A stretch of DNA of 63,354 bases, filler included, from Bigelowiella natans CCMP2755 (lineage: Eukaryota; Protista; Cercozoa), in the NCBI GenBank assembly GCA_000320545.1. It is 11 parts of 11 records of this genome, joined end to end, with 100 filler letters (N's around TTAATTAATTAA, not from the genome) between each part and the next. Parts side by side here need not be neighbours in the genome. Positions count along the whole stretch, not along the records: positions 19,238 to 29,977 come from ADNK01001118.1; positions 30,078 to 53,592 come from ADNK01001959.1; 9 more parts are not named here. One strand, 5' to 3'. Under the pieces are notes generated by a model that was not told the DNA's origin, ran no database searches, and saw nothing but the letters and a program-made list of their open reading frames with translations. Positions 27,717 through 42,233 of the stretch are shown here, in pieces. Both the position numbers and the translations under genes were made by a program. The first letter of the stretch is position 1; the number at the start of each line of letters is the position of its first letter.

Positions 27717-29156
27717 GCAAAAACAACAATAACAACGACGACCATGAAGACCTGGGAAGACCCGCAGCAGGTACTACACTATATCTATGTGTGAGAGCTT
27801 TTGAGCCAATATATGCTTGCCATTTTCATCCATTTCAGCGGCAGCTGGCCTGAAGATGGAGGACTTCAAAGGCGCGCTGAACAAAGACGCCATTAACTTG
27901 TTGCTGCAGCGGAGGCAAGTTGACATAGACGATGAGGAGGAGGTGGAGGAGGAGGAGGAGCAGAATGGCGGAGCTTACCTACAATCTAGAACGCCTCCTG
28001 CGCCGGGCGCCGCCCCTCCCGCTCCCCCGGAGTGGAAGCTGAGTAGTGGAGGTGATGATGGAGATGAGGAGACGGGGGGGGAGCAACTACCCAGTCCTCA
28101 ACCTGATCGTGGTGAAGATAATGGTAGTAGTAACAATGACGATATTCTAGAAGAACCGTCAGCGGCAATGGGCAAGGGTAAAGACGACTACGACGAGGAG
28201 GAGGAGAAGGACGCGGCGGAGGAGGAGGAGAGGGGAGAAGAGGAAAACAGAAATGATGACGGTGACGGCGATGAGAATCATGACACAAAGCAGCCGCACG
28301 AGGCAAGGCTTCCTTCCTCATCGCCATCAGCAGATAATGGCAATGATTCTCCATCACAGATGCTGCAGCAGCAGATGCACAATGAGCATCTCGAGGAAGA
28401 ACCTGAGGCGTCTGCTGCTGCTGCTTCTCCGGCAATGACGATTGATAGTAGTCGGGGAACCACAGCGAAGGTAGAGAAGAAAGGTCGGGGAGCAGGCGAG
28501 GACGAGGGGGGCGGGGAGGGTCATAACGACTCCGATCATCGCGTGTTTCATGATAGCAAGCCCCATTCCAAGACGACGACTACAACGAGCACAACACCCC
28601 CCGACGATGCTGCTGATGCTGCTGCTGCTGCTGCCGCGGGACAGGACGATGACGATGACGGGAATGAAGAAGAAAAAGAAGAAAAAGAAAACGAAAAAGA
28701 TACAGATAATATAAGTAGCAGGACGAAGAAAAATGATAGTAGTAGTAGGAGTAGTAATAACAAGAGGAGTAGTAATAACAAGAGGAGTAGCAGTAGTAGT
28801 AGTAGTAGTAGTAGTAGGCCCAATGACAATGACGATGATAATAATACATCGAGCAACGACGTTCCCGGGGAGATGAAGAGGACGAAGAAGGCGACCGCTG
28901 TCCTCAGAGCTACAGCATCAACGATAGAAAGAACTAAATCGAAGGAGAATATGAAGGGGGAAACAGCTACGGAACAAACCGGGATGGGGGGGGGGGACGC
29001 AAAGAGGAGAGGAAGGGGGCAACAGCTCGAGTGCGTATATTTTTATACATATTCTGAACACACTTGAAGAAGAGTAGTTTCTTAGTGCTGAAAACATCGA
29101 TGATGATGCGTCGGCTTGTCCTGCGATTGCATATCCGTGATCATCATCATATTCAC

Positions 29157-29187
<31 letters not shown>

Positions 29188-29820
29188 TATCTTAAATGAA
29201 GGTATTGCCGGGAAGTGGTCGACTCCCTCCTAAATGCACTGGTAGTAGTAGTAGTAGTAGTAGTAGTAGTTGTTGTTGTATGGGTTCCATATACAGCCAT
29301 GTCCACAAATAGCTCTTTATGGAAATGTTGTTGATGATTATGATGATAATGATGATGCCGATGACTCCTTACTGCTCTTGCTCAAGATCAATCCACCCCC
29401 CCCCCCTCCCCTGGAGCCTCTCCCACATTGTCTCTGGGAATGCATCATGATTTTATCATCGCGAAAATCGTGCTGCATTGATCTTTGACCACACGACTGC
29501 TACTACTACTACTACTGCTACTACTACTACTACTAATAATAATAATAATCTCGCAGGCCGTTCAGCCTCCATATCGGTTGGTAACAGTGCAGATGGTAAT
29601 TGACCTGCTGCTAGAGCTCGTGCTCGACCACACACCCAATCCGTGCGTTGACGATAAGGACATTCCCAAAATCGAGAGGGCCTACCAGCTGGCGGCCAAA
29701 GACGTCGCGAGACGGTTCACACAGAAGGACGGCCACGACGCTCTCCTCAACAACTTTCAGGCGTGTTTCCGGGATATGGCCAAGCCGATAGATATCGAGG
29801 AACTTTTGACAAACTCGGGG
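22392..29820 (+). CDS. CLEC16A: CLEC16A / TRANSPARENT TESTA 9 / GOP-1 (FPL-domain) protein, many exons, 3' end lost in gap
   Basis: FSLENLK|YLYQQL...[22 protein letters not shown]|FFCEKNIL...[15 protein letters not shown]...[33 protein letters not shown]|TLSLKLN...[33 protein letters not shown]. Confidence 0.93.
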
Positions 29821-29824
29821 CGGG

Positions 29825-29857
<33 letters not shown>

Positions 29858-30494
29858 GTGTACTACTACTACTACTAACTACTACGGTGCCTACTGTCTG
29901 ATCTATACACATCATCATCTGCAAATAGCAGCAGCAGCAGACTATAGCCATAGCATTGCAACGCCAGTGGACTACTTNNNNNNNNNNNNNNNNNNNNNNN
30001 NNNNNNNNNNNNNNNNNNNNNTTAATTAATTAANNNNNNNNNNNNNNNNNNNNNNNNNNNNNNNNNNNNNNNNNNNNCCGGGGTGTTGGTACAAACACAT
30101 TCACTTTGTATGAAGCACATAGCAATACGCGTCATCACTCCAACAGTCACCCCCCCCCCCCCCCCCCCATTTCCCCCCCTCGTTTCGTTTCTTGTACCGG
30201 GGGGGGTTCTAGCAGTAGCTTGGCGAATGCCCAATATCTGCATTAAAAAAAAATAGGCATCTCCGTATCATATAAATGAGTTAAAGGAGGAAGAGAGGAG
30301 GAGGAGGACATCTAAATTCCTGGTTGATCAGTTGATGAGATAACTTGTGTATGCGTGTGCACGTATGTGGGGGAGTGAGCTTCGATAGGGAATTGTCGTG
30401 ATGACTTCGACTTATGCATACGGCGTCCATCACACAGCAACACGTGGGCTAGCCCCCCCTTCCCGCCTTCTCTTTTTGTGTGCACGTGTATGTG

Positions 30495-30533
<39 letters not shown>

Positions 30534-30594
30534 ATGCACACGTGGTTGCCCAACCCTTCGCTATCTCAGTAATTTATCGTCAATATTTGTTTTT

Positions 30595-30629
<35 letters not shown>

Positions 30630-30779
30630 CATACGTGTTAGCGACGTTCTGGGGAGTGAAGTCTCGGATGACAGTTGTCTGATATAATATGTATATATAT
30701 ATATATATATATATACATATATATTAGTATATATATATTATAAAATCCTCCTTATCATCAGCATCATCAGCAACATCAT

Positions 30780-32205
30780 CAGCAGCAGCGGCAGCATTCA
30801 CCATCAGCTCTCTGCTAGGAATGACCATGCGGTTGGAGATCTTTTGAAGGATGTTTGGCGCAGGGTGGATCGCCACAGTTGCGTAGGCCCAGAGCGTATT
30901 TCCTACCGCCTACCCAGAAAGAAAAACGACGTTAAGGAGGACTCGACGGGGCATTGAGCGATAGGACGTAGATCCTCTGTCGTTCTTCCTTTTCGGCATC
31001 TTCTTCTTCTTCTTCTTCTTCTTCTTCTTCTTCCTCAAAGCGCATCATTTTGCTTTGAGATATCTTTGTCCATCCAAGATGAAATTGATTCCTAAGATAT
31101 GTTACTGCTACTACTACTACTGCTACTACTACTACTACTACTAACTAGTACCTGGGCATTGAAGGTTGACATTCTTCGCTCCATCTGGGTCTCCAACGCC
31201 GAGAGCTCCGTGGTTGTCGGCTTTATCTGCAGCTTGCCGTACGACCAAAAAAGATTCGAGAGCCTGGTATTCGCGAGCACGTTCGTAATATTATCATCAT
31301 TGTTATCATTATAATTATTTTTCGTGCGATCTGTGCGGGAATAAAGGCAAGGGACAGAAGAACAGAACGACGATGACGATGATAGTGCCGCTGCATTGAA
31401 GGAGAAGAAGAAGAAGACAAAGGAGGCGGTCGCAGTGATGATGATGCGGATATGAGATTGGATACATCTGCGGGTTGAGCCTGGGTTGACAAACTAGCAC
31501 TTGGTCTCGCAGTGCTGAGAGAAGGGGAAGGCTTGGTTTCTGGAATAGGAGGAGGGCGAGGAGGAGTAAGAGGTAGTGATGGAAGCGAAACGAGAGGGAA
31601 AATCGGTGCTCGCAGATGTAAGTAGCACAGTGTGGAACTAGCTATCACTTCTGCTCCTATGATTACTACTATGCATCATCTTACATCGTCATGCTCACGA
31701 TGATGATGATGATGATGACGATGATGATGACGACGACGACGACGAAATACAAGCTGTACATGCAGCAGCACCACTGCTACAGATGCGATTGTTTTTGAAC
31801 GTTTGATTGGCACTACGCACTATGGAGAGCTTGGCGAAAGCATATAGGCTATTGGAGACGTCCTGTGCATTGCAGCTGGAAGCATTGCCTTCCAGCGCAA
31901 ACGAGAGCGACTTCATCATCGAAGGCGATGGTTTCAGCTACGATGTGTTTGTTTAAATCAATACTTTCCAAATAATGTGCTACGATGATGGTGAAGGGTG
32001 GTGGGGGTTCTCACCATGAGACGTGAGTATGCCCACAAGACATTAGTCAGGCCTGATTGAGTCACATGATATTGTATCAGCTGATGATGATTGATGCAAG
32101 TCATCACCTACATTTGCCACCATCATCACCACCATCATTTGTCATCATCCTATGGTACAACTACTACTATTTCTGCTGTGGCCACTACTGCTACTACCAC
32201 CACCT

Positions 32206-32240
<35 letters not shown>

Positions 32241-33366
32241 GTTACTAGTAGTACCTTGCGTTTCAAATCCATCAATCATCTTCATCATCCTCATCTCATA
32301 CGGGATCATCACTGCCAGCATAGTTGTAGTAGTAGTAGTAGTAGTAGTAGTAGTGTTAGTAGCAGCAGCAGTACTCAACGGCGTGATGAGAATGAGGTGA
32401 ATAGGAGACGGGGGGGGGTGGGGGGATGGAGGGAGGGAGCGAGAGGAGGTGGAGGATGAGGAAGGAGTTTAAAGCGGATAGCTGTCCTCTTTATGCTAAA
32501 CGGAGCCCCTCTCTCTCCCCCCCCCGGATGAGAAAGGGCCCCCGGGGGACAACACAGCCCTACGACGTTTCATACTTCTATTTCCTGCTTCCTCCCTCTC
32601 TCCCCCTCCCCCCCCTCAACCTCTTATTTCATGGCAGTAATCGTTAGTTTTTATTACGCTTTCGGCTCGGTTTCCAATAGAGCTTGGCCATTGACCACAT
32701 CATGTTGGCGAGATGCCTGATTATGTGAACGACAACAACAACAACAACAACAACAGCGGTTGAAGACAATATTAAGATATTGGATACTCAGTTAAGTTTT
32801 GCTGCGTTAAGTACGCTTTCTAGCTTTTCCTCGTAGTCTTCTTCTTCTGATGATGATGAATCTCTCTGGCCCCCCCCCCCCCCTTTTTCTACAATAGGTA
32901 CCGCGGGGAGAATTCCTTCAGCACGCCGTTGATCTAACAAGAGAGTAAGAAACACAGGTATGATGAATATGATGAGATGCAACGAGGGACTAAGCACTGC
33001 TTCCCTAGAGAATAAGGAAAGGAGGAAGTCTGCTTTCTCCTTCACCACCAGCCACCACTCTCCTCCTCCCCCTCCTCCTCCTCCTCCTCCTCCATGTATC
33101 GACTACCACAATCATCATCATCATCATCATCATCATCATTGTCACCTTATTCTCTAGCCTTAATTGAAGAGATTTAGAGGGATTATGCAGCAGACGGGCC
33201 CATGCCCACAGTAGATTTGCGGTCGCCTGAAGGATAAGACAAGTCGTAGTAGAAGTAGTATGTGGTAGTAGAAGTAGTATGTGGTAGTAGAAGTAGTAAG
33301 TAGTGGCAGCGGGAGGAGTAGTAGTAGCTGTAGCAGATACTTGTTAGCTAGTGTTACTACAATAGT

Positions 33367-33443
<77 letters not shown>

Positions 33444-33647
33444 ACGTTCGTTTATGGATGGAAGGGGTGCTATTATCAGGTTGCATGTACATGTATATAT
33501 ACACATATATGAACGAACTTACCCTTGCTGTCATTCCCTTGAGCTCCGCAGAGGAGGAAGAGGAAGGTGAAGATACGCCTCCCCTAGCGTCGTTGCCGTA
33601 GTAGGCGCTCTCGTTATTGTTCTTGTCACGATCGAGTACTGGGAAAC

Positions 33648-33678
<31 letters not shown>

Positions 33679-35253
33679 GTCTTTCGATGAGGGTGGCTGG
33701 TGAAGATGTACATTGTATTCCTCCTCGCGAGAATTACTCTCTATCCCCCCCCCTTATTTTTCATCTTCGATGCTATCAGTCAGATTACCGGTGAGGAGGT
33801 GGTGGATTCTGTTGTCAACCAGATCTATCAGCTTTGCACTAGGATCCCAACGCAGCCGCACCATCGCCCTGCACACGTAAACCGCAATCATATATTGTAT
33901 TTTACTCTTTACTTTTGTTGTTACATCAACGCCATCGATTCGCCTTTTCATCCTCGTCATCATCATCATCATCATCATCATCATCAGGGTCAGAACCGCA
34001 TCATCATCGTCGCCACCATCCTCGGTGTACGACTACTTTCTCTCCTCTACTACTCTCACTTACCACAGCACGCTAATCGCATTCTGGGCAGAGTACTCTT
34101 GGATGGTCTAAGGAAAAAACACGCACTTTTCCGTCAGAAGAATGCTGCTTGTCGTACGTCGCATCAACACACACACACACACACACACGCACACACACAC
34201 ACACGCACACACGCACACGTACACCCTCCTGACCGTTGCTACATAGATGAAGTAATGTTCATCATCATCATCATCATCATCTACATCTTCAATATACCTT
34301 GGCCGCTCGTGTTTCCAAAGCTTTCATCAACCGGCCATTCGGCACTACAGTCATTGTCGCGAAGGCCCACATAGCAGTGGCAAGAGCCTTTTATCATAAT
34401 ATATTCATGCGTTATGTTGTCGTGAGATTTCGATGATGGGAGGGATCCTGGCGGCTACGACGAACAAAGAACAGGTTCTGAACAATGTGTTGGCAGTAGC
34501 AGCTACGCCTGGCAAGCTAATCAACCGCACGGAGCGAGCAGGGAGAGAGAAAGAGAGAGAAAGAGAGAGCGAGAGAGACCTGTCCTGAGAGCCTGGTTAC
34601 GTGCTGACCTAGACGGCTTTCGAGGCTTTTCATCACTTCGATTGAGGGTTTCTACCATTTGCATAAAATAACAGTAGTAGCACCAAGAGGAGGAGAAGGA
34701 GGAGGAGGAGGAGGAGGAGGAGGAGGAGGAGGAGGGGGAGCAGGGGTGAGGGGGTAAGAGAAAGGGACACAAAACAGGATGTAAGATTAATAGCAAGGAA
34801 AGAGTCTTCGTAAAAGTTTGCTCATCCCGATGACAATAACAACAAACAACAAACAACAAACAGCAGCAGCACAGCCATTCCTACGACCCAAAGAATGAAA
34901 GCACGCAAGTTGGGGAACACTGGGCAAGAAATGGAGCGGGGGAAATCGCAAACAGAAGAAGTGAAGGAGAGTCCTTTCAGCCCCGCCACATCAACGATAC
35001 CCCCCCTCCCCTCGCTTCCTCATAAGATGTCATTTGACTCGAAAAGCACCAATCGCAATCGTAAGGAGGCGGCAGCATGGTTTCTCCACCCCCTTGTACG
35101 TGATTAATAAGATTCATCAGCTGCATGATCAATTACCTGTTGCAGCTTAGCAAAAGCCCAAAGAGCGTTCGCTGTTGTATTTCCTCCCTGAGATCGTCGC
35201 ACAACACACCAGCGATGAAAGAGTCATCTGTGATGTTTCCCCAGATGTTTCCC

Positions 35254-35286
<33 letters not shown>

Positions 35287-35379
35287 CATCCTCATCATCA
35301 ACACTGTCCCTATCGTCATAATTTCTGTGCCCAATCCACGATAAGCGCTGCTATGCATGCCCGGCCTTATATATATATA

Positions 35380-35424
<45 letters not shown>

Positions 35425-36845
35425 CGCATCCGTACTGACCATGTCGCTTATACGTGAAATAGTCCTACGCTCCAGGGAAGCAACAGCAGCTCGATAGTCC
35501 TGCAGTTTTATCATGATGATGATGACGATGATGATGATGATGACAATGATAAGGCTATATTGTTGATGCTGACGGTGATGTTGCTACTACCTTGATCATC
35601 GTTCGTAGCATTGCAGCGTCTCTCTGTGGTCCCGAAAGCGGCACAGAAGAAGCAGCAGCAGCTACCGCTGGTGATGAAGTAGAAGACGACAACGGCGTTA
35701 ATTTCCCCCCCCCCCCCTTTCTTGCTGCTGCCCCACGACAGCACGGCTTGTCGTTTCCCTTGCTTCGTTGGTGGAAGGGTCATATGTTCGTCTGCGGTTG
35801 TGACTGCCACTCGTAATAGGAGCTTTATATGAGGCACTAGTCGTCGATGATGATTGCTGCGATGTAAATACTGCAGCCTTATCTTCTTTCTTTGATGGTG
35901 TCTTAGTAGTAGAAGTAGAAGGAGGAATGGGAGATGCTGCTGCTGCCTCCTCAATGGGAGAGCGTGTTTGCTGCTGCATCTTTCTCGGTACATTCTTACC
36001 AGTTGGTTCTCCCCCTTTTCGTGATGGGATTGAGGAGGAGGTGCTGCTGCCCATAGTCAATTTACCACCTCCTCCTCTTCCTCCCGCCCCTTTTCTTTCT
36101 TCGTCTAGTTTTCTTCGTCTTGGCATCATCGATTGTTTGATCCTGATCTTTCCGGTTGTGGGGTCGACGAAGTTGGACAGTTTATGGAGGCAGGTCAGAG
36201 CATTCACGTGATCGAAGTATGGCATGGATACCTTTGAGCAAATCCAAAAAGGACATATGATTAATATCATATTTCATCATTATCGTCATCAACGTGGGGT
36301 CACCGTCATCATCAACAATCCTCTGCTCAATTAGTATTACCTCTGTCCTCACAAGGTCAATTAACTCTCTGGGCTCTTGAATAGTCATGATTCGTCTCTG
36401 CAGCTCTCGCGAGAGCGCCTTGGTTTGGGTTGACTCGTCATTGTTGTAGCTTCTGCTGCTGTCCTTGGTGTCACGTGCATACTTGTCAATGTTCTGCTGT
36501 TTATAGGTAGTACTACTTTCATTTGTAAAATCACTGTCCCGGTTGCTCTTCCAATCGGTATTTTGGTTCGAATATTCAATGTTTGCTCGACTGGTCCTTC
36601 CTTTCAACCTCCTCCTGCTGTTTCCTTCGCCAAACGGCTGCGAGTCATCAGCGGTATAGCCGCTAGGATCACCCCACAGTGCTGGCCTTCGGCTGCCTTT
36701 CGAAAGTGAAGCTGATGCTGATGATGGCGATGAAAACGATCTTGCCGGTGTGCCGGCGACGTAATCTGTAGTCGATATTCAGGGGGACAGGGGGAGAGAT
36801 TTCATCGTCCATCCATGTATGCGTGTGTGTGCGTATGTGTAAGTT

Positions 36846-36878
<33 letters not shown>

Positions 36879-37855
36879 CATTGTAACTCATTTCATCCGA
36901 CTTTCGATGTAGAAAAGACGCTTATTGCTACAAGTGTGCTGTTACTTCTAGAACTACATATGTTACTTCCAAGCTGTTGTTTCCGAGCTTGATTTTCTCC
37001 GTTTACTCCTTTCATAGGTTTATCCAAATACCCTGATGATAACGTAGAATAATTTTGTACATTAAAGTTCTAGAGCACACATCCGCACGTACATCACCAT
37101 GGAACACGCAATCAATTCCTCCCCCCTCCCTTCCCTCGCACCTTTTCTCTTTATGTTTTACCTCCGAGTTCTTCCATTGGTGTCAACTTTGAGTTCGTTT
37201 TAGTAGAATCATCACCCCCCTCGCCAACACGCCCTTCACCCCCTTCAATGATATTTTTCGAGGGAACATCTGAGAACTGCCGTCCGCGCGATGGAGCGTT
37301 CCTTTATGAGATAGTAAAAAATTAGTGTATCAAAATGAACAATCAGAGTTGTGGTGGAGAAGAGGAGAGCTGAAATTACCTGCTGCTGTCAAGGTCCAAT
37401 CGAAGTCTTCTTCGCGGATCTTGAACATAGGTTCTCGTCAAGGGTGTTGAATGTGTCAGTGATGTCCTGTCTCGCGGGATAATGCGGGTTTGTTTCCCAG
37501 CTAATAATCGGGTGCCGATTCCTATATCTTCGCCATGTATAAGACTGTGGCGGCCCCTCCATGACATCTGCCAGACAGATGCAAGTATTGAGCATGATAA
37601 ACAAGGGTTATAACCATCGTATCATAGCCTGACGCAAAATGGCTCGAAATTGAGTCAGACGGATTCGATTCTTAGACGGTAAGAAAATCAACGCTGATGT
37701 AAAATGATACGATCAAGCGGAACCACCTGCGGGCTGAAAACTGGAGGCCTCAGTGCCAGATAAGTTTTCCCGCTCCCCCTCCTTCCAACAATGTAGCTCA
37801 CTACAGCCATGGCCACATAAATACACCCCCAACCACGAATGGGAATCCCAAGCAT
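30780..37855 (-). CDS. Organelle-targeted helical-repeat (OPR/RAP-family-like) RNA-binding protein, many exons, 3' end unresolved
   Basis: Repeats FDHVNALTCLHKLS, HLANMMWSMAKL, NAQDVSNSLYAFAKL, LSNLFWSYGKL..FNAQ, VGNTLWAYATV. Putative leader exon MLGIPIRGWGCIYVAMAVVSYIVG followed by R/S-rich exons. Confidence 0.7.
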
Positions 37856-39130
37856 GGAAGAAGGGAGCACAGGGCTATGTATGTATATTTCAAGAGCTTG
37901 GAGGGGAAGCAAACCAAGAGCTAGGTGTTTTTGGAAGTGTGAATAGACAAGATGATTCTTCGAATATCACGAGAATGAAAAGACTAAAAAGGCCTAGGAT
38001 TTTCCTCGTTTTCCAAGCAGGAAAAAGCAAAAAACACCTCAATCCCGCTTTGTCGGAATAATACCTCCCACGTAGTCGATCTAACAAGCGAGAACCAACC
38101 ACTTCTCTTGTGTGCGCAGCCAAAAATCAGAAAATTAGACATGTGGTTCCACTGCGACAAGGAATTGTAGGGAAAAACAGAATAAACCCAAGACGCATCG
38201 ACACAGCGGCCGAAGAAAAATGCAAGAGCTTGGCGCCATCAAGGTCATAAAACCTAAAAAACGAGCGCATCGCAAATTTTTGAGCCGGTGAAAAGCCCGA
38301 CGAAATCTTTTATGCGACAAATGTTGTTATGTTGTCGTCACTGTTAGAAAAAGGTCCTCGCACCTGAGAGCAGGAGCAGGCGATTGGATCACTGCGACAT
38401 CTCAGGAGGAAGATTGACAGATTTGAAGATGGATGCCTCAATGCCCACTTTTGATCGCTACGAATACTTTTCCGCGGATGCATTGGTAGCCTCAACATGA
38501 TTTTGCAATTGACGACTTTGACCGAATTGCTGACAACAGAGTCCATCCAACCGGCAAGAACAATCTGACAAATGAGGGAGATCGATGCGTGTGCGTGAGA
38601 ACAGGTGGATGCGATTTTTTTGATGCATTGTCTCACGCAACTGTCCTGCAATTGACTCATCGGTCCATGAGGTTGAAATCCTCTAGAACACGAATCGAAT
38701 TTGTGCCACCTGTCAGTGTCTGTTGTTGGAATCGCATTGGAAACATGCAATGTTTTTTCGATGTCCAGATGTCACATGTGTTCCTGCACGAATGTCAACT
38801 TGCATGTGCTAGTGTGCATCGCCGCAGTGCACATTTTGACAATTTCTGTGGACTTCATTGTTAGTTGCTGTGATGCCAATGGTGCCAGCTTTAACATCTG
38901 TCACTGCTCATCATGCATGTACAATGAGCAATTCATCGAATGAACACGCACGCACGCACGCACGCTGCGAACAAGCAAGGCTACATACCAGCTTCCCCGC
39001 TCTTCCTCTCCCTAAGCGTGCTACAGCCTACCCGCATGCTACTACGAAGTTATTTGTAGCTTCCATTCATCAACCGTCCTCGTACATAAGGAGAAATTAC
39101 ATGTGTAATGTAGCAATAAGAATGAGGGAT

Positions 39131-39293
39131 TCAAGGTGGAGGAACAACACAGCCTTCCCCGGAAGTTCTCCACCATCTCTCCTCGCCGTTCGAATCCTGT
39201 AACGAAAAGAATTCTACGACGTTGCGAGCAAATATTTGAGCCATTGTCTGCAAAATTCACACGCATATTACAAAACGAAGATACACACGCACA

Positions 39294-39343
<50 letters not shown>

Positions 39344-42233
39344 ACTCGCGCATGTAAGAAAAGGAAAGACTTAAAAAAAACGGGAGACCTGATAGCTGAG
39401 GTCCGTCACCCCACCGACGTGTGGTGTCAGTATCACGTTTGCGCCGATTTCATCACGCAATCGATGTAGTTGCCCTGAGGTTTAGCAATTAATGTAGAAT
39501 TCTCATACCCCTAGCTTACCATCACATGGGACTTCACCCATTAATCCTACGCCGTCCAGAAGTTTCGAAAGGTGTCATTACTATATTACCTACACCATCC
39601 ATCAATCTGCTAGGATCCTCACTCAAGGATAAAAACGGCTCCCTCCAAAAAACATCCGTCGCAAATCCGCCCAACTGTCCACTGGAAAGTCCCGATGTTA
39701 CTGTACGATGTATTGAGGAATTATGTTGCCTTTTACGACGATAAGGGAGTAGCGACTACAAACACTGGTAAACCAACACACACATTCTAGTATAGACTGA
39801 ATGGTAGAAGTAGGAAAATTTTGAAAAAGCACAAAGAAATAACGATTGCGAATCTTAAACTCCATTTCCCCCTTATTTGACTGACTTGCATCCAGGCTAC
39901 AAACTGGCCCCCTTGCGACATTTATGACCATGAGTCCTGTCATTTTGATGAAGGAAAATCATGAACATTGTACATGCCAATATTTAGCATAGAAAGACGT
40001 AACAATCGTGGGGAGAGAAAAGTACTATCTACGGATTCACAACGCCAGCGGCATTTTGGATGGAAAGCACAAATAGGGTTTATCATAGTACCTTTCCTAG
40101 CTTTGTCGATGAAATCGCTATTAACAAGCTCTCTGATGTAACATAATATATGTTAAAATCCAACTGATCTAGGTGGCAGCGGCCCAATTCAATGTTTGCA
40201 TCAAACAGGGAGAAAGTATCAATTGCATAACAGAATGCCGACAGAGGAAACTACACCAAACAACCTAGTTTGACAGTTGAGAGGACAACACACGATCAGC
40301 GCATGAGCGCTCTCCAAGGCTTTATCCAGACCCTCCCCTTAGTTTTACGATATTTTTGTGTAAAATTGTCAGTGGTAAGGAGGTGACAGGGCAGAATGTA
40401 ATCTGGACGGGCACAAATAAAACACGAGTGCGAGGAGCACGATTGTATCGATGTTTATTCTGTCAAGGAATAGAAGGAGAAGCAAAGGAAGTTACTATTC
40501 CGTCTATTCTCGAAATTCATCACGCACAAGAATGATAATTCTCTCCTGCTTCGAACTTATTATATCAGCCACCGTGAGTCGCAGTCTTATCGACGATGGA
40601 AAGGTCCTCTTCACTCCATTTGCCGTTTCTCACGCCTTCAACCAATGATACAAAACAAACATCGTAACCACGTATCCCTTCGGTTTATGTGTTTTGGATT
40701 CAGAGAGATGTAGAGCAAAGAACTTCAGTGCTGAGAGCGCACACCTGTTATTTCCACTTCGAACGGTTTTAGCCTATAAGGACGTAATTTTATCATTGTG
40801 CATATATCAAGGAACAGGAGTGGAAAATTGTGAAGGAGGAATGCAAAGACAGAAGAGAAAAGAAAAGGAATGCTGACAGGGGGTTAATCGAACAGAAGTG
40901 CGAACCTTTTGGCTAAGGCTTTTCCAATGGACCCGAAACCTAGTATCTGTTTTACACCACATAGAGAAAAGAAGAAGGATAGCAGCATCACGATAGTAGT
41001 AGGAGGAGAGTGTGAGATGTTGTGTACCAGGCCCAAATTTTCTCACATTTTTTAACATACCACCACAGATTTGCCCTTCATTGCATATCCTGGCAGTGTT
41101 TATTAGATCGATGTCAACGAAAATAAACCTAGCTCGCTTCATTGATATATTAGCTAATATGATGACACACCTAATGGCGATCCCAGGACACGGTTCTGCA
41201 ATTCTTTCTCCATCATACTCTTTTTCACGTTGGCAACACATTCTGTTAATATCTCATGATTACAAGTGTTCATATGAAACACCTGCTGGCGGAGAAGACC
41301 AAGGAGCAGATAGACCGCATGTTCTGCTGTGGAGACCTGTGTGAGTGATACGTAATTTATGCGAACGCCATGTCATTCAAGATGATGTAGGCTGAGCTGA
41401 AAATTGCTAAAAGATAGATAAATTATTGAGCGTATCTATCGTCTCCCCTATTGTTGTATGCTTCTCCTTGCTTCCCCCTTGCCCGCGCGCAACTGCGTTG
41501 GATGAAACTCGTACCCCATTTCCACTTCCTGCTGGAATATTTGCAACAGCTACCCCCAACTCTCTGGCTGTAAGTTAACGGCAATATATGCGTTAGCAAA
41601 GGGCACAGCCAATTAGATCAATCCTCAATGTGTACCTGACACGGCATCGACACCTTCTATTCCAGCTCCGTATTGATAAATTAGTCGCAGGTTGCCCTTC
41701 TCCGCTCCCAATTTAATCCTCTCCCTAGGGAACTTGGACATCAAGGGGCACGCCACATCGCAATCGACTATCTTCGTGTCCACTTCCTCGTTTTGGCAGG
41801 TGTGCACTTCCCACCTGGACCCCTCTGGCGTCTTGGAGAGGACGTCGCGAACTAGTTTGGCACCAGCCGAAAAATCTGGTCCAAGATTTATCACAATTTG
41901 TTTGAGGAGCAATACATAGGGGGGGGTGTAATCTGCAAGATTACCTGTGCCGCAAAACAGAATTTTTCTCGTTCTTCCTGGAGCGTTAGAGTGTAAGCAT
42001 CGTGAGCCAAGAAGGTTCCACACGTTGCTTTTTACAGAGATGCAGAGTCGTTCCTTTCCCCTAAGCACACAGAAGCGAATAAGTAAATATAAAGGTCTTG
42101 CAGAAGCCTGGTCAAAACCTTGAAAACATGCTTCGCTGGAGTAGCATCTCGGCAAGACCGTTGGGGGGGTGGGGGGGGGGTGTCGAGAATGGGCTTTGAG
42201 GCAATGGGAAAATCCTCTGCCGGAGAGTTTCAA
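39131..42233 (-). CDS. D-isomer-specific 2-hydroxyacid dehydrogenase, multi-exon; start codon uncertain
   Basis: LRLIYQYGAGIEGVD, VAVANIP, LGSPLG, ILGFGSIGKALAKR, VINVARG, GGFATDVFWREP, NVILTPHVGGVTDLSY. Stop at 39131-39133. Confidence 0.9.

Noticed and set aside
37688-37912. GRRGSGKT as a P-loop NTPase
   Set aside because: No Walker B or further domain; better explained as the leader exon of the OPR-like gene.
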